A DNA stretch of 64,000 bases from the NCBI GenBank assembly GCA_944392835.1, contig CALXYB010000008.1, forward strand, positions 4,821 to 68,820. Reading direction: 5' to 3'. Origin of the DNA: an uncultured Alphaproteobacteria bacterium (GTDB taxonomy: Bacteria; Pseudomonadota; Alphaproteobacteria; RF32; CAG-239). A program made the translations under genes and the position numbers. Numbering within the stretch: the first letter of the stretch is position 1; each line of letters starts with the position of its first letter. This document shows, piece after piece, positions 39,016 through 48,169 of this stretch. The notes beneath the pieces were generated by a model. It was given only the letters and a program-made list of their open reading frames with translations, was not told the DNA's origin and did not search any database.

Positions 39016-40119
39016 ATGAAAATAAAAGATATGCCAAGATTTAATAGAAAAGAAAGTCATTTTCATATGCAAAATATGATTGATGGTTTTCTTAATTACT
39101 TTCAGGAACATTCTTGTATAAAACATGAACCGGTTAAAATCTCATCAGGGATTGATCCATCTGTTCGCTTTATTGGCTCTCACATCAGTGTTTTAAAGCC
39201 TTATTTTTTAAATGACAACATTCCTACAGGAGGATATGTTATGTCACAGCCATGTATTCGTACACGAAATTTAAAAAATTATGAAAATGATGATTTTTAT
39301 CCCAATTGGGGATCATATTTCCCAAGTCTTGGAATACTGACTAAACCTGAAAGATTGGAGGATATTACAAAACAAACTTATAGCTTTATTCAAGAGCAGT
39401 GGAATATTGATCCTCACGATATAAGAATTCGTATTAGTGCTAATGATACAGATTTGATGGATCTAGCTCATAGTATATTCAAGTCCGAAATGTTTGAAAT
39501 AGACACCATGCAACCAAAATATTATCGCCACAAACTTGGTATAGATGGTGTTTGGGGGCGTAATTTCAATCTTGCTTTACGTGATTATGGAAAAGATACT
39601 TTTTCAGACATTGGAAATGTTATTATTTTGGAAAATCAGGATAAACAGCTTGGAATAGAAATTGCATTAGGAAGCTCTACTGTATTAAAACAAATTTATG
39701 GATTAAGTCATGTCATGGATTGTCACCCTGTATTAGGATTGGATAAGTATATTCAAAATCCTAATATCCGTGTAAAGATGGAAGATACAATTGTTACAAG
39801 TATGGCCTTATATAATGATGGACTAGAACCATCTAATAAGGATAACACTAACCGCTTGATGAAAAAATATCTTGAGATAATGAAAGCTTGCGTTGACAAG
39901 ACAAATCTCCCCAAAGAGGTTCTTAGAAAAACACTATACCAGTATGAATTATTGGAATATGGTTCAAATAATGGAATATATACTCAAAAAATTATGGATT
40001 TTATTTGTTCATCTTCTCAAGCTCAGAAATCAAAAGCTTTAGAAAATAAACAACAATTGGAAGCTTCTCCCTCAAATTCCATAATTTTTACATTATCGCA
40101 AAATAAATTATCTAGATGA
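39016..40119 (+). CDS. alanyl-tRNA synthetase catalytic-domain paralog (truncated, stand-alone class II aaRS-like)
   Basis: FLNYFQEH..DPSVRFIGSHISVLKPYFL..SQPCIRT..NDDFYPNWGSYF aligns with the AlaRS N-terminus FLDFFHSKGH..DPTLLFTNAGMNQFKDVFL..SQRCVRAGGKHNDLENVG..FFEMLGNFSF. 367 aa, versus about 875 aa for AlaRS. Confidence 0.55.
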   Translation: MKIKDMPRFNRKESHFHMQNMIDGFLNYFQEHSCIKHEPVKISSGIDPSVRFIGSHISVLKPYFLNDNIPTGGYVMSQPCIRTRNLKNYENDDFYPNWGSYFPSLGILTKPERLEDITKQTYSFIQEQWNIDPHDIRIRISANDTDLMDLAHSIFKSEMFEIDTMQPKYYRHKLGIDGVWGRNFNLALRDYGKDTFSDIGNVIILENQDKQLGIEIALGSSTVLKQIYGLSHVMDCHPVLGLDKYIQNPNIRVKMEDTIVTSMALYNDGLEPSNKDNTNRLMKKYLEIMKACVDKTNLPKEVLRKTLYQYELLEYGSNNGIYTQKIMDFICSSSQAQKSKALENKQQLEASPSNSIIFTLSQNKLSR

Positions 40120-40269
40120 CATTCCTCCGTAAAATTTTGGGAGCTATGAATATGCTTAAAGGATAGGATTGTGTTGAGTAGCACCTAAGCATTTTACCGA
40201 GAATAACCTCTGAACTTACATCAAGACAACTACTTAAAGAAAAGCGGGAAGTAACATTCCCGCCTTTCT

Positions 40270-41268
40270 TTAATGCTCCAATATTTCAATAATAGGTAAT
40301 TTATCTCCCTGCATTTTCAGTGAAATCTGTCCTCCGATGGGATAGGTAATAATTGGAGTTGTATGACCGATATCAAAATTAGCAATTACTGGTAAATCAT
40401 TTAATGCTTCTTTAGTATGAATAATCTGTTCAAGCAAATTTCTATCAATTTTAGATTCTGGTCTAAAACGACCAATAATCAGTGCCTTAACATATTTAAA
40501 GTCGGCTTGTTGAATTAAAGACTGCAACAAACGGTCAAATAAGACGGCATTCGTTTCTTCATCTTCTTCTAAAAATAGAATAGAGTTTTTCAAAGATGGC
40601 CAGAATTCAGTGCCTTGTAAAGAACTTAAGCAACGGACATGGCCCCCAATCAATTTCCCCTCGAATATATTTCCTTTTCCTTTATTTATAATCCAAAACC
40701 CATTATTGGGTGTAAAATTACGTTTTTCCTGATCCATAAACCATTCATCATTGCTATATTCTTTAGCCGGTGTAACTTGATAGGGTGTATTCTCAATTAG
40801 ACATTTTTTAAAATAATCCAAGGTATAATCAAAACCGTGAAGCATTCCAAAACTTGAAAAATGCGGTCCAGAGTAAGTTACAACATCTGTCTTTGTTGTT
40901 ATTGCATGACAAAGACATGTAATATCAGAAAAGCCACATAAAATCTTAGGATTATTTTTTATAAGTTTATAATCAATTCTATCAATCAATTGATTTGTAT
41001 TAAAACCACCAATAGCTGTTAAAATACCATCAACATTTTTATCCGCAAAAGCCTCATGTAAATCTTCAAGCCTTGAAGCAATTGATGAAGAGACAAAATC
41101 ATCAATCTCATCGCAATGTTTAGAATAGCTTACTGATATCCCCATATCTGCAAAACGTTTCTTTGCGATTTCACGCGTTTCTTCAGAAATGATTTTAAAA
41201 CTTCTTGATGGGGCAATTATACGAATATGCGCCCCTGGTTTTAATTTTTTTGGACAAATCATCAGCAT
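40270..41268 (-). CDS. LD-carboxypeptidase (peptidase S66, MccF-like)
   Basis: Ser nucleophile motif GFSDITCL. His in IGHT. 332 aa. Confidence 0.75.
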   Translation of the reverse strand: MLMICPKKLKPGAHIRIIAPSRSFKIISEETREIAKKRFADMGISVSYSKHCDEIDDFVSSSIASRLEDLHEAFADKNVDGILTAIGGFNTNQLIDRIDYKLIKNNPKILCGFSDITCLCHAITTKTDVVTYSGPHFSSFGMLHGFDYTLDYFKKCLIENTPYQVTPAKEYSNDEWFMDQEKRNFTPNNGFWIINKGKGNIFEGKLIGGHVRCLSSLQGTEFWPSLKNSILFLEEDEETNAVLFDRLLQSLIQQADFKYVKALIIGRFRPESKIDRNLLEQIIHTKEALNDLPVIANFDIGHTTPIITYPIGGQISLKMQGDKLPIIEILEH

Positions 41269-41402
41269 CTCCTAATTTTAATAAACTTTTATTTAACCAT
41301 CAATATCATAAAGCAACTTAAAGATGATATTAAAATTCGTCTTGCAATAAAATCTAAGCCTATTTTTTTATGTAAGTCAATTAAAATATAAAATCTACAA
41401 TA

Positions 41403-42074
41403 TCATCCATATATCTCATCAAGCTTTTGTTCTAGATTTCCGGATTGAACGGCTGGTAACGTGTCAAATTGTCTCAGATTATGCTTTTCTATCTTAATTT
41501 CGTCACTGAAGCCTAAGATATAGGCGATAGCTATGCGATATATAATTTCTGTCGGAGCCAAACCGTAAACCTGATTGGCAAAAATATGTTGTAACCGTTC
41601 TTTATCATTCGGAAAGGCTTGTTTCATCTTCTCGTTTCTGTATAATCTTTTAACAATTTCGGTAATATAAAGACCAGATTTCATATATAAGTCGATAAAG
41701 GTTTTATTAGGATCATCAAAGCATTCAGGATTTTCCGCCAATAAGCTATCTACCATTTCCACAACCACTTTCTTGGGGGTGTATATTTGGTTGGTCTTTT
41801 GGGGTGGAATATAATCGAAAATGTCTTCTTTGCTTGCTTCATCAAAGTAATTTCCTAATTTTCGTTTCAGATTAAGAAACTCTTTAACCTCTGACAAATC
41901 GACATTTCCGGAAACTTCTCCTCCTAAAACTACAGTATTATCTTTAAGCAAAACCTCCACCGAATAGCGGATATTCTTATCTTGAGCCAGCAGGCGATCC
42001 AAAATGTATGATGAAATATAATCTGCTGTTTTATCAGGATGCCCGAGAGAAACAAACTCTGCCGTCTTTTTCAT
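41403..42074 (-). CDS. protein with S-adenosylmethionine synthetase (MetK) N-terminal-domain homology, otherwise divergent
   Basis: SLGHPDKTADYISSYILDRLL...VVLGGEVSG aligns with MetK [21 protein letters not shown]...MVLVGGEIT. Start trimmed to ATG 42074 with AAGGA RBS. The listed upstream extension covers leader hairpins. Confidence 0.5.
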   Translation of the reverse strand: MKKTAEFVSLGHPDKTADYISSYILDRLLAQDKNIRYSVEVLLKDNTVVLGGEVSGNVDLSEVKEFLNLKRKLGNYFDEASKEDIFDYIPPQKTNQIYTPKKVVVEMVDSLLAENPECFDDPNKTFIDLYMKSGLYITEIVKRLYRNEKMKQAFPNDKERLQHIFANQVYGLAPTEIIYRIAIAYILGFSDEIKIEKHNLRQFDTLPAVQSGNLEQKLDEIYG

Positions 42075-42323
42075 AGTTTTTCCTTCATAAAAAAAGCCCG
42101 CAGAATTTAATCTGCAGGCACAAACAAAAAAGGGAACAAGCCTTAAACACAACTCGTTCCCGATTATAGCTATTTTTATAAACTATTTTTCAGTTTTTGT
42201 CTTGTCTGTTTTTGTCGCAACCATAAACATTCATACGTATGTAATCGATAAAAATATCATTGCATACGTACAGAATTTAATTTACTATACGTTTTAGTTT
42301 ATAAAAAATATAAAGGTAAAAAA

Positions 42324-43331
42324 ATGTACGACGGATCAATTTCAAACTATAATAAAATAGAAGAGGATGCCTCCTACCATGAAATTATATCTTTTGAAGA
42401 TGAAAAGGACATTCGCAAACGATATTTAGACGAGCTTGCAAAAAATAAAGATAATTCACAGAAAATATCCGTTCTAAATGTAGCATTGATTAACTATTTT
42501 ATTAAAAAAGATAGATTTGATTTAGCTAAAGATGTGTTAAAAAAACAAACCTCCTTTTGCACAGAAGAACTTATAACATTGTTCGCATCTAAAATTGATG
42601 TAGAAATTCTGAGCAAAACAGACGTAGATTTTATCAATGAAGTTTTAAAATATTTATCGCACATTAAAACGAATAATAACGGACATCATGTAATTCACGA
42701 TTTAAAAGAAAAGATCAAAAAAATTAAAGAGAAAATCAAACAAGAATCAAAGAAAAAAAATGATAAGTATAAAAACAAAGAAACAAAATTATCTACCTCA
42801 TCTCAAAAAAAAGAAAATTTAACAGTAAGTCAGAATAAAGCCGAATCTCCTGAAGAGGCAATATCTTTCTTATCAAAATATATCAGCGAACAGAAACAAA
42901 ATATAAAAACCTTGAATGAAGAAAAACAGCTCATATTATCCCAAGTTAATACTTCTCAGAGAAAATTAGATGATTTAACAAAACAGTTACATACGGTAAT
43001 TCAAGAGAAAAAAGCAAAATCTTTTGAATTAGAAGATATTGAACAAAAATATAATAAGTTGAAAAAAGAAAATGATACTTACAAAATAAAAACACAAAGA
43101 AATGAAGAAGAGTTAGGCAAGAAAATTGAAAGCCTATCAAATAGTATCGATATTCTTAAAGAGAGTCATAAAATTGAAATACAATCTCTAAAAATCAATA
43201 TAAGAAATAAATTGAAAATAAGATATGATGATTTTTTAGATAAAAAAGATGAATTATCAAATAATCAATTGAAAATTTTAATTGCCAATATTTTTGCAGA
43301 CTTAGAATATCTTGGCATTAAATTCAAATAG
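42324..43331 (+). CDS. coiled-coil protein, hypothetical
   Basis: K/E-rich heptad-like C-terminal half. Stop overlaps next gene. Confidence 0.45.
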   Translation: MYDGSISNYNKIEEDASYHEIISFEDEKDIRKRYLDELAKNKDNSQKISVLNVALINYFIKKDRFDLAKDVLKKQTSFCTEELITLFASKIDVEILSKTDVDFINEVLKYLSHIKTNNNGHHVIHDLKEKIKKIKEKIKQESKKKNDKYKNKETKLSTSSQKKENLTVSQNKAESPEEAISFLSKYISEQKQNIKTLNEEKQLILSQVNTSQRKLDDLTKQLHTVIQEKKAKSFELEDIEQKYNKLKKENDTYKIKTQRNEEELGKKIESLSNSIDILKESHKIEIQSLKINIRNKLKIRYDDFLDKKDELSNNQLKILIANIFADLEYLGIKFK

Positions 43332-44748
43332 GAGATTAATTATGGGCTTCTGTGGTATTGATTTTGGAACAACAAATACAGCTATGGTCTATTTTTCAGA
43401 ACACACAGGAATGATATTTGTAGGGGATGAAGAAGAAAATTTACCTTTACCATCTATAGTTGCGTTAAACAAACATACTGGCGAAATCATTGTTGGAAGT
43501 GATGTAAAAAGAAATATACAGAAATATACTAGAGATTATGAAATAGTTTTATCAATTAAGACTGTTTTGGATGATCCTAAACAGGAATGGAATGTTGCTG
43601 GTCGAACATTAAAGCCTGTAGATATAGCCGCAGAAATTTTTAAAACTCTTAAAAACAATGCAACTAAAAGAAAAATAGATATATCAAAAATTGTAATTTC
43701 GGTCCCTATTAATTTTTCATCTGGAAAAAAAATATGCCTTCGAGAAGCTGCCAAAAAAGCCGGATTGGACATCAAAAAATTTGTAAATGAACCTACCGCA
43801 GCATTTTTAGCTCATTATGAGGAGTTAAAATCATTTTCTAAAACAGTTATTTTTGATTGGGGAGGCGGAACTTTAGATATATCTGCATTAGATATTAAAA
43901 ATGGTACTATTAGAGAAATATACACAGATAACATGTATAAAGCGGGAGATAATATAGATAAAGACCTGGCCCGTAGTATTTATGAAAAATCCATAAAAAA
44001 ATATGGTTTGTCGCTTATTCCTTTTGATAAAATAGAAGCCGACGAATATGATGAATTAATCGCAAAAGCAGAATTAGCAAAAATTTACTTATCAAAAGAT
44101 AACCAGAATCGATATGATGATTTTTGCAAAATACAAGGTAAAATACGAGATATTACCGTAACATACGAAGATTTATGTAATATTTCTGAAAATATAGTCA
44201 ATGAAGCTATAAGCAAATTAAATCATGTAATAAGTAAAGCATATAATGAACGAGTGCATTGCATTTTATGTGTAGGAGGCTCCTCAAATCTAAGAAACCT
44301 TAAAGAAAAATTGAGAAAAATTTATGGTGATATCCTGTATTTTCCTGATTTTCCACAATGGGATATAGCAAATGGTGCTTGTATTATAGATGCCTCAAAT
44401 AGAAATAATGTCTATAAACTGGCTTACGATATTAATCTAATTTTATCAAATGGAGATAAATATCCTCTTTTAAAAGAAGGTCAACTCATTCCTTGCAAAG
44501 AATCAAAAATACATTTATCGACTGTTGATTGCTCAGAAAATGCAAATTTTGTATTTCAATTTGGTCAAGATGAATATCATGAAATAACAATTCCTCTTCT
44601 AGGTGGAGTTGATGAGACTTTTGATTTATTCACATATATTGATAACTATTCTGTCTTGCATATAGATATGAAGAATAACAAAATTCAAGAAGATGAAAGA
44701 TACAATATATTTCGATATGAAAAACTAGATTTATGTTACAACGTGTAA
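43312..44748 (+). CDS. Hsp70 (DnaK)-family actin-fold ATPase, stand-alone
   Basis: GIDFGTTNTAMV phosphate-1. DWGGGTLDIS phosphate-2. NEPTAAF connect motif. 478 aa with no DnaK substrate-binding-domain signature. Confidence 0.7.
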   Translation: MALNSNRRLIMGFCGIDFGTTNTAMVYFSEHTGMIFVGDEEENLPLPSIVALNKHTGEIIVGSDVKRNIQKYTRDYEIVLSIKTVLDDPKQEWNVAGRTLKPVDIAAEIFKTLKNNATKRKIDISKIVISVPINFSSGKKICLREAAKKAGLDIKKFVNEPTAAFLAHYEELKSFSKTVIFDWGGGTLDISALDIKNGTIREIYTDNMYKAGDNIDKDLARSIYEKSIKKYGLSLIPFDKIEADEYDELIAKAELAKIYLSKDNQNRYDDFCKIQGKIRDITVTYEDLCNISENIVNEAISKLNHVISKAYNERVHCILCVGGSSNLRNLKEKLRKIYGDILYFPDFPQWDIANGACIIDASNRNNVYKLAYDINLILSNGDKYPLLKEGQLIPCKESKIHLSTVDCSENANFVFQFGQDEYHEITIPLLGGVDETFDLFTYIDNYSVLHIDMKNNKIQEDERYNIFRYEKLDLCYNV

Positions 44749-44757
44749 GGATAAAAA

Positions 44758-45486
44758 ATGTTATCTATAAATTCCAATATCCAGTACAAAAGTAATGTTT
44801 ATATTGTTTCTAGCTCATATAGTCCTTATGATGATTCATCTTTCATTCATCAAGTATATGATGCAAAGAAGTTGAACGAAATAATAAAAAAATCTCGTTT
44901 TGGAGATGTATTGTTGACAAAAGTACAAAGATATATTTTAGAGAAAGATGTAGTTTGTGTTTATGCAAAAAAATTTCTAAAAAGTGAAACAGCGCAATAT
45001 TTCGTTCTGACAAAACACAATGAAGAGAAATGTAAATGCCAAATTGTTGATTGTCCTTTATTTGAGCAATGCCGTCCAAATGAAAAGATTAAAGCTAAAA
45101 CAGAGCAAGAGAGATTTAATAACTTAAGTATTGCTGAGAAAATTGATAATACCCATTATTATCCTATTATGCTAAATTTTGACAGAGTAATTGAGAGATG
45201 TAGCGATAATGCTTTTGACATTATATCTGATATAGATATGACGCAATATCAATATAATGATAATGTGACCTTTTCATATGTTGGAGATGGAAATGGTGCA
45301 AATTGGGACAACTGGGTCGGAGGAAGTGAAGAAAGGTATTTTAGCTCAGAAAAAAAGACAAAAAACATCCCTGTAGTAGATTTAACTTCTGATGTTCAAG
45401 CCTCTAATAACCCTATGTTAGAATACCAAAAAAGACACTTAAATCTAGATAATGAGTTTTTTAAGAAAATAAATAAAACCCCATAA
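44758..45486 (+). CDS. hypothetical protein (third gene of Hsp70-like operon)
   Basis: 10-nt gap from upstream gene. Hairpin terminator overlaps stop (45478-45500). Confidence 0.4.
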   Translation: MLSINSNIQYKSNVYIVSSSYSPYDDSSFIHQVYDAKKLNEIIKKSRFGDVLLTKVQRYILEKDVVCVYAKKFLKSETAQYFVLTKHNEEKCKCQIVDCPLFEQCRPNEKIKAKTEQERFNNLSIAEKIDNTHYYPIMLNFDRVIERCSDNAFDIISDIDMTQYQYNDNVTFSYVGDGNGANWDNWVGGSEERYFSSEKKTKNIPVVDLTSDVQASNNPMLEYQKRHLNLDNEFFKKINKTP

Positions 45487-45512
45487 ACATATATGGGGTT
45501 AATAGCATTACT

Positions 45513-45926
45513 TTATAATATTTTTTCAACCAAAATCTTCACCAGCGCTTTTTCGTAGTGGCGGCTGAGGTTGCTGCGGTGAAGACCAAACTCATAGCTC
45601 AAGACTTTCCATGGGATTCTGGCGCCGCGTTTCCATACCAGCTTTCTTTCCCAAGGTTCCAACACTTCTAGCCACTCCAAAACCTCGTCCATTTGGGTAA
45701 TTTGTTCCGTTGTCGGTCTTATCTTGATTGGTTTTCTATCCATAAAGGCGATTTCTTGCGGTGTATAGATAATATCCGGCATAGTGGAGTGGTAGCCTTG
45801 AACTTTTACCGGCGGCAGGAGTTTCATTACATAAACCGCGGATTCAATTCGCATTTTGATATCATCAAGGGTTAAGTTTGTCATTGAACACCTCCTTGCC
45901 GAGCTAATTTCGGCAGACGGAAACAA
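45513..45926 (-). CDS. phage/plasmid-associated putative DNA-binding regulator
   Basis: Small basic C-terminal helix region. Overlaps start of upstream gene (coupled). Confidence 0.3.
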   Translation of the reverse strand: MFPSAEISSARRCSMTNLTLDDIKMRIESAVYVMKLLPPVKVQGYHSTMPDIIYTPQEIAFMDRKPIKIRPTTEQITQMDEVLEWLEVLEPWERKLVWKRGARIPWKVLSYEFGLHRSNLSRHYEKALVKILVEKIL

Positions 45927-46540
45927 TCGCCAATGGGTGAAAATGAGTTCAATCCTGCATCACCCTTAGCCCATTTAATGACTTTGGCTTGCCAGTCGGT
46001 TATGGGTTTGTTACCGGTTTTCCACTGCTTTGCTGTGTAATAATCGTAAAATTCTTGCGGATTGATGTTTTTTAAGCCACGAACGGCACAATAAATCTTC
46101 ACATCTTCCAAACTCGGAACATCGGCAAGATATGAACTTTCTTTTTTGTTAGTTTTTTCTTTTATTTCCTTCTTTATTTTTTGGTTTAAATCATCTTCAT
46201 TTTTATTTTCATTATCATCTTCATCCTCATTAAGCTTGGCATTTGCCGATTTTTCAGCTTGCTTTTGCTCGGCATTTGCTCTGCGTTTGCTGGCGGCTTT
46301 GGTTGCTATTGCTCGCCGTTTTTCACAAACCGCATCATATTTTGAGAAATTGTCTTTAATGCTCTCGGCCATAAAATCATAGGCTTTGCTGATTTCTTGA
46401 GATACGGGTTTCATGGGTTCACCATACAAAACCATTTCACACAGAGCAGTCATTAACTCTCCACGCTGTTTTAAGTTAAGATGATTGGACAAGGCCAAAA
46501 ACTCCGGTGCGAACACGATAAAACTTTTCTTTTTATCCAT
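45881..46540 (-). CDS. putative replication/replisome-organiser-like protein (phage or plasmid type)
   Basis: N-terminal HTH-like region. Acidic and basic low-complexity middle. AGGAGG RBS. Confidence 0.35.
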   Translation of the reverse strand: MDKKKSFIVFAPEFLALSNHLNLKQRGELMTALCEMVLYGEPMKPVSQEISKAYDFMAESIKDNFSKYDAVCEKRRAIATKAASKRRANAEQKQAEKSANAKLNEDEDDNENKNEDDLNQKIKKEIKEKTNKKESSYLADVPSLEDVKIYCAVRGLKNINPQEFYDYYTAKQWKTGNKPITDWQAKVIKWAKGDAGLNSFSPIGDCFRLPKLARQGGVQ

Positions 46541-47073
46541 TTTGACCTCCTAAACTTTTCTTGATACGCTGTATGCCTTGAACCCATTTCAATGCCAACT
46601 TTGCCCTTTGAACCTCGCGGTTGATTTCTTTTTCCAAACAGTTGAGTTGTTTTTCTTCCAACTCTAAAAGGGCTAAAACCGGCACTCATCGGATTGTCTC
46701 AAAGATAGGTTTGTTCTTTGTGTATTGCATAAAAACCTCCGTTAAAATTGTCTTACGCAAAGAACAAGTCAAAATTGAAAAAAATCGTTCTCACTTTTTT
46801 TATTTTTTTGTAAACCGCAGTTTGGGCGAGATAATCGGTAAGGTAATTGAGTTGCGAAACAGGACATGCAGAGAAATCAAGAAAACTTTTGTTTTACAAT
46901 AAGCTGGCAAATGGTAACTAAAAATAGAGAGGTTTTCAACAAAAGTATAGATTTGGGCGTTTTTTCTGCAAAAGAACTGAAAAACACTTTCGATGATTTC
47001 CAACGCAGTTACCAGCGCACTTGGCAAATCGGCGCGGAATAAAGGGCTTGTTGATAAGGATTTAAAACGAAAA

Positions 47074-47097
47074 AAGAGGAAGTATAAACTTCCTCTT
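47074..47097 (-). terminator. terminator of catP
   Basis: gaggaagtataaacttcctc hairpin with T-run in minus orientation, immediately after the catP stop. Confidence 0.6.
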
Positions 47098-47101
47098 TTC
47101 A

Positions 47102-47135
47102 AATTGGTGATGCTTAACTCACGCTTTACGAGCTA
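47102..47135 (+). repeat. direct repeat, left copy (22-bp perfect aattggtgatgcttaactcacg + 12-bp imperfect)
   Basis: Identical 22-mer at 60421..60442. Extension ctttacgagcta versus gtttccgagcta. Confidence 0.8.
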
Positions 47136-47137
47136 TT

Positions 47138-47764
47138 TTATAAATTATCTATATTTTGTTGCAATTCATTTATAAATTTTGAAACATGCCTCCCATCACA
47201 AACAGCATGATGTGCCAAAACAGAAAAAGGAAGTATTGTTTTGCCGTTTTCTTCAATATATTTGCCCATAGTAAAAATAGGCATCAAGTAGTCATAACCT
47301 TGCTTCAAGTTTAAATTGAATGAAGAAAAATGAAGCCATGGTAGCATAGATACATAAAAAATATTAGGAGGACAATTCGGTTTGGCTTCATATTTCATTA
47401 TATTGCCATATTTATTAACATCAGAATTATAATTCCGGCAAAAAGTCTCAAAATCAGGATCATATTCACTCCAAATTCCTGAAAAAGTTTCCGTTTCTTT
47501 GTGAAAAATCGTATATGCCGGATGAACAATATCAAAAAAACCTAAAATTCCATCATCATCAAACATTGTTCGAAATTCTTCATGTTTATTAACAAGTCTA
47601 GCCAATAAATACAGCATTGCTGGGTAAAGTTTTAAACTTTTATTCCTGAGATTGGAAATATCTAAATTAACCGTTATACTAAACGTTGTGGGTACATTGC
47701 TATAAAATTGTTCAAAATATTCTTTACGTTCTCGCTGTTCCATATTGATTGGAGTAAATACCAT
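47138..47764 (-). CDS. catP: chloramphenicol O-acetyltransferase (type A, CatP-like)
   Basis: Collinear high similarity to clostridial CatP (KLYPAMLY, TETFSS, IFTMGKY, HHAVCDG catalytic His motif). 208 aa. Confidence 0.9.
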   Translation of the reverse strand: MVFTPINMEQRERKEYFEQFYSNVPTTFSITVNLDISNLRNKSLKLYPAMLYLLARLVNKHEEFRTMFDDDGILGFFDIVHPAYTIFHKETETFSGIWSEYDPDFETFCRNYNSDVNKYGNIMKYEAKPNCPPNIFYVSMLPWLHFSSFNLNLKQGYDYLMPIFTMGKYIEENGKTILPFSVLAHHAVCDGRHVSKFINELQQNIDNL

Positions 47765-47984
47765 ACTTATTTCCTTAATTTATATCTTTTAATTTAATGA
47801 ATATTATATTTACAGAAAACAATCTAAGCAATATTTTTTTGATTTATCAAAAAAAATTTTTATTCAATAGTCCTTTGAAAAATAAAGGATTATCATCAAA
47901 CGAGTTCGGAAAATTCTCCCAAAATGACATTTTCAAATTTACAACATTCGAACTCGATTAAGTGCTTGATTTATAAAAGAAAAA

Positions 47985-48020
47985 CGGCAGTTTTTGTACC
48001 TGCCGTTTGAAATGGTGATC
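47985..48020 (+). repeat. terminator hairpin + boundary core (tttgaaatggtgatc)
   Basis: cggcagtttttgtacctgccg hairpin followed by core related to the 47102 and 60421 repeats. Confidence 0.5.
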
Positions 48021-48169
48021 CCAACGAGATTGTCCGCGACATTGCTTCGCAATGCTTGTTCCTCTGCGCTCATTCGCAATTGCTCACCGGCGTTCTCCCA
48101 CCCGCCTTTCGCTTGTAGTCAAACTCGTCTCTACGAGTTCGTATCTCGGGGATGACTATAATACAAAAA

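Noticed and set aside
46471-46689. 72-aa basic ORF overlapping the start of the replication-like gene
   Set aside because: Overlaps the AGGAGG RBS and the first 23 codons of a better-supported gene in another frame. Could be real, but evidence is insufficient.
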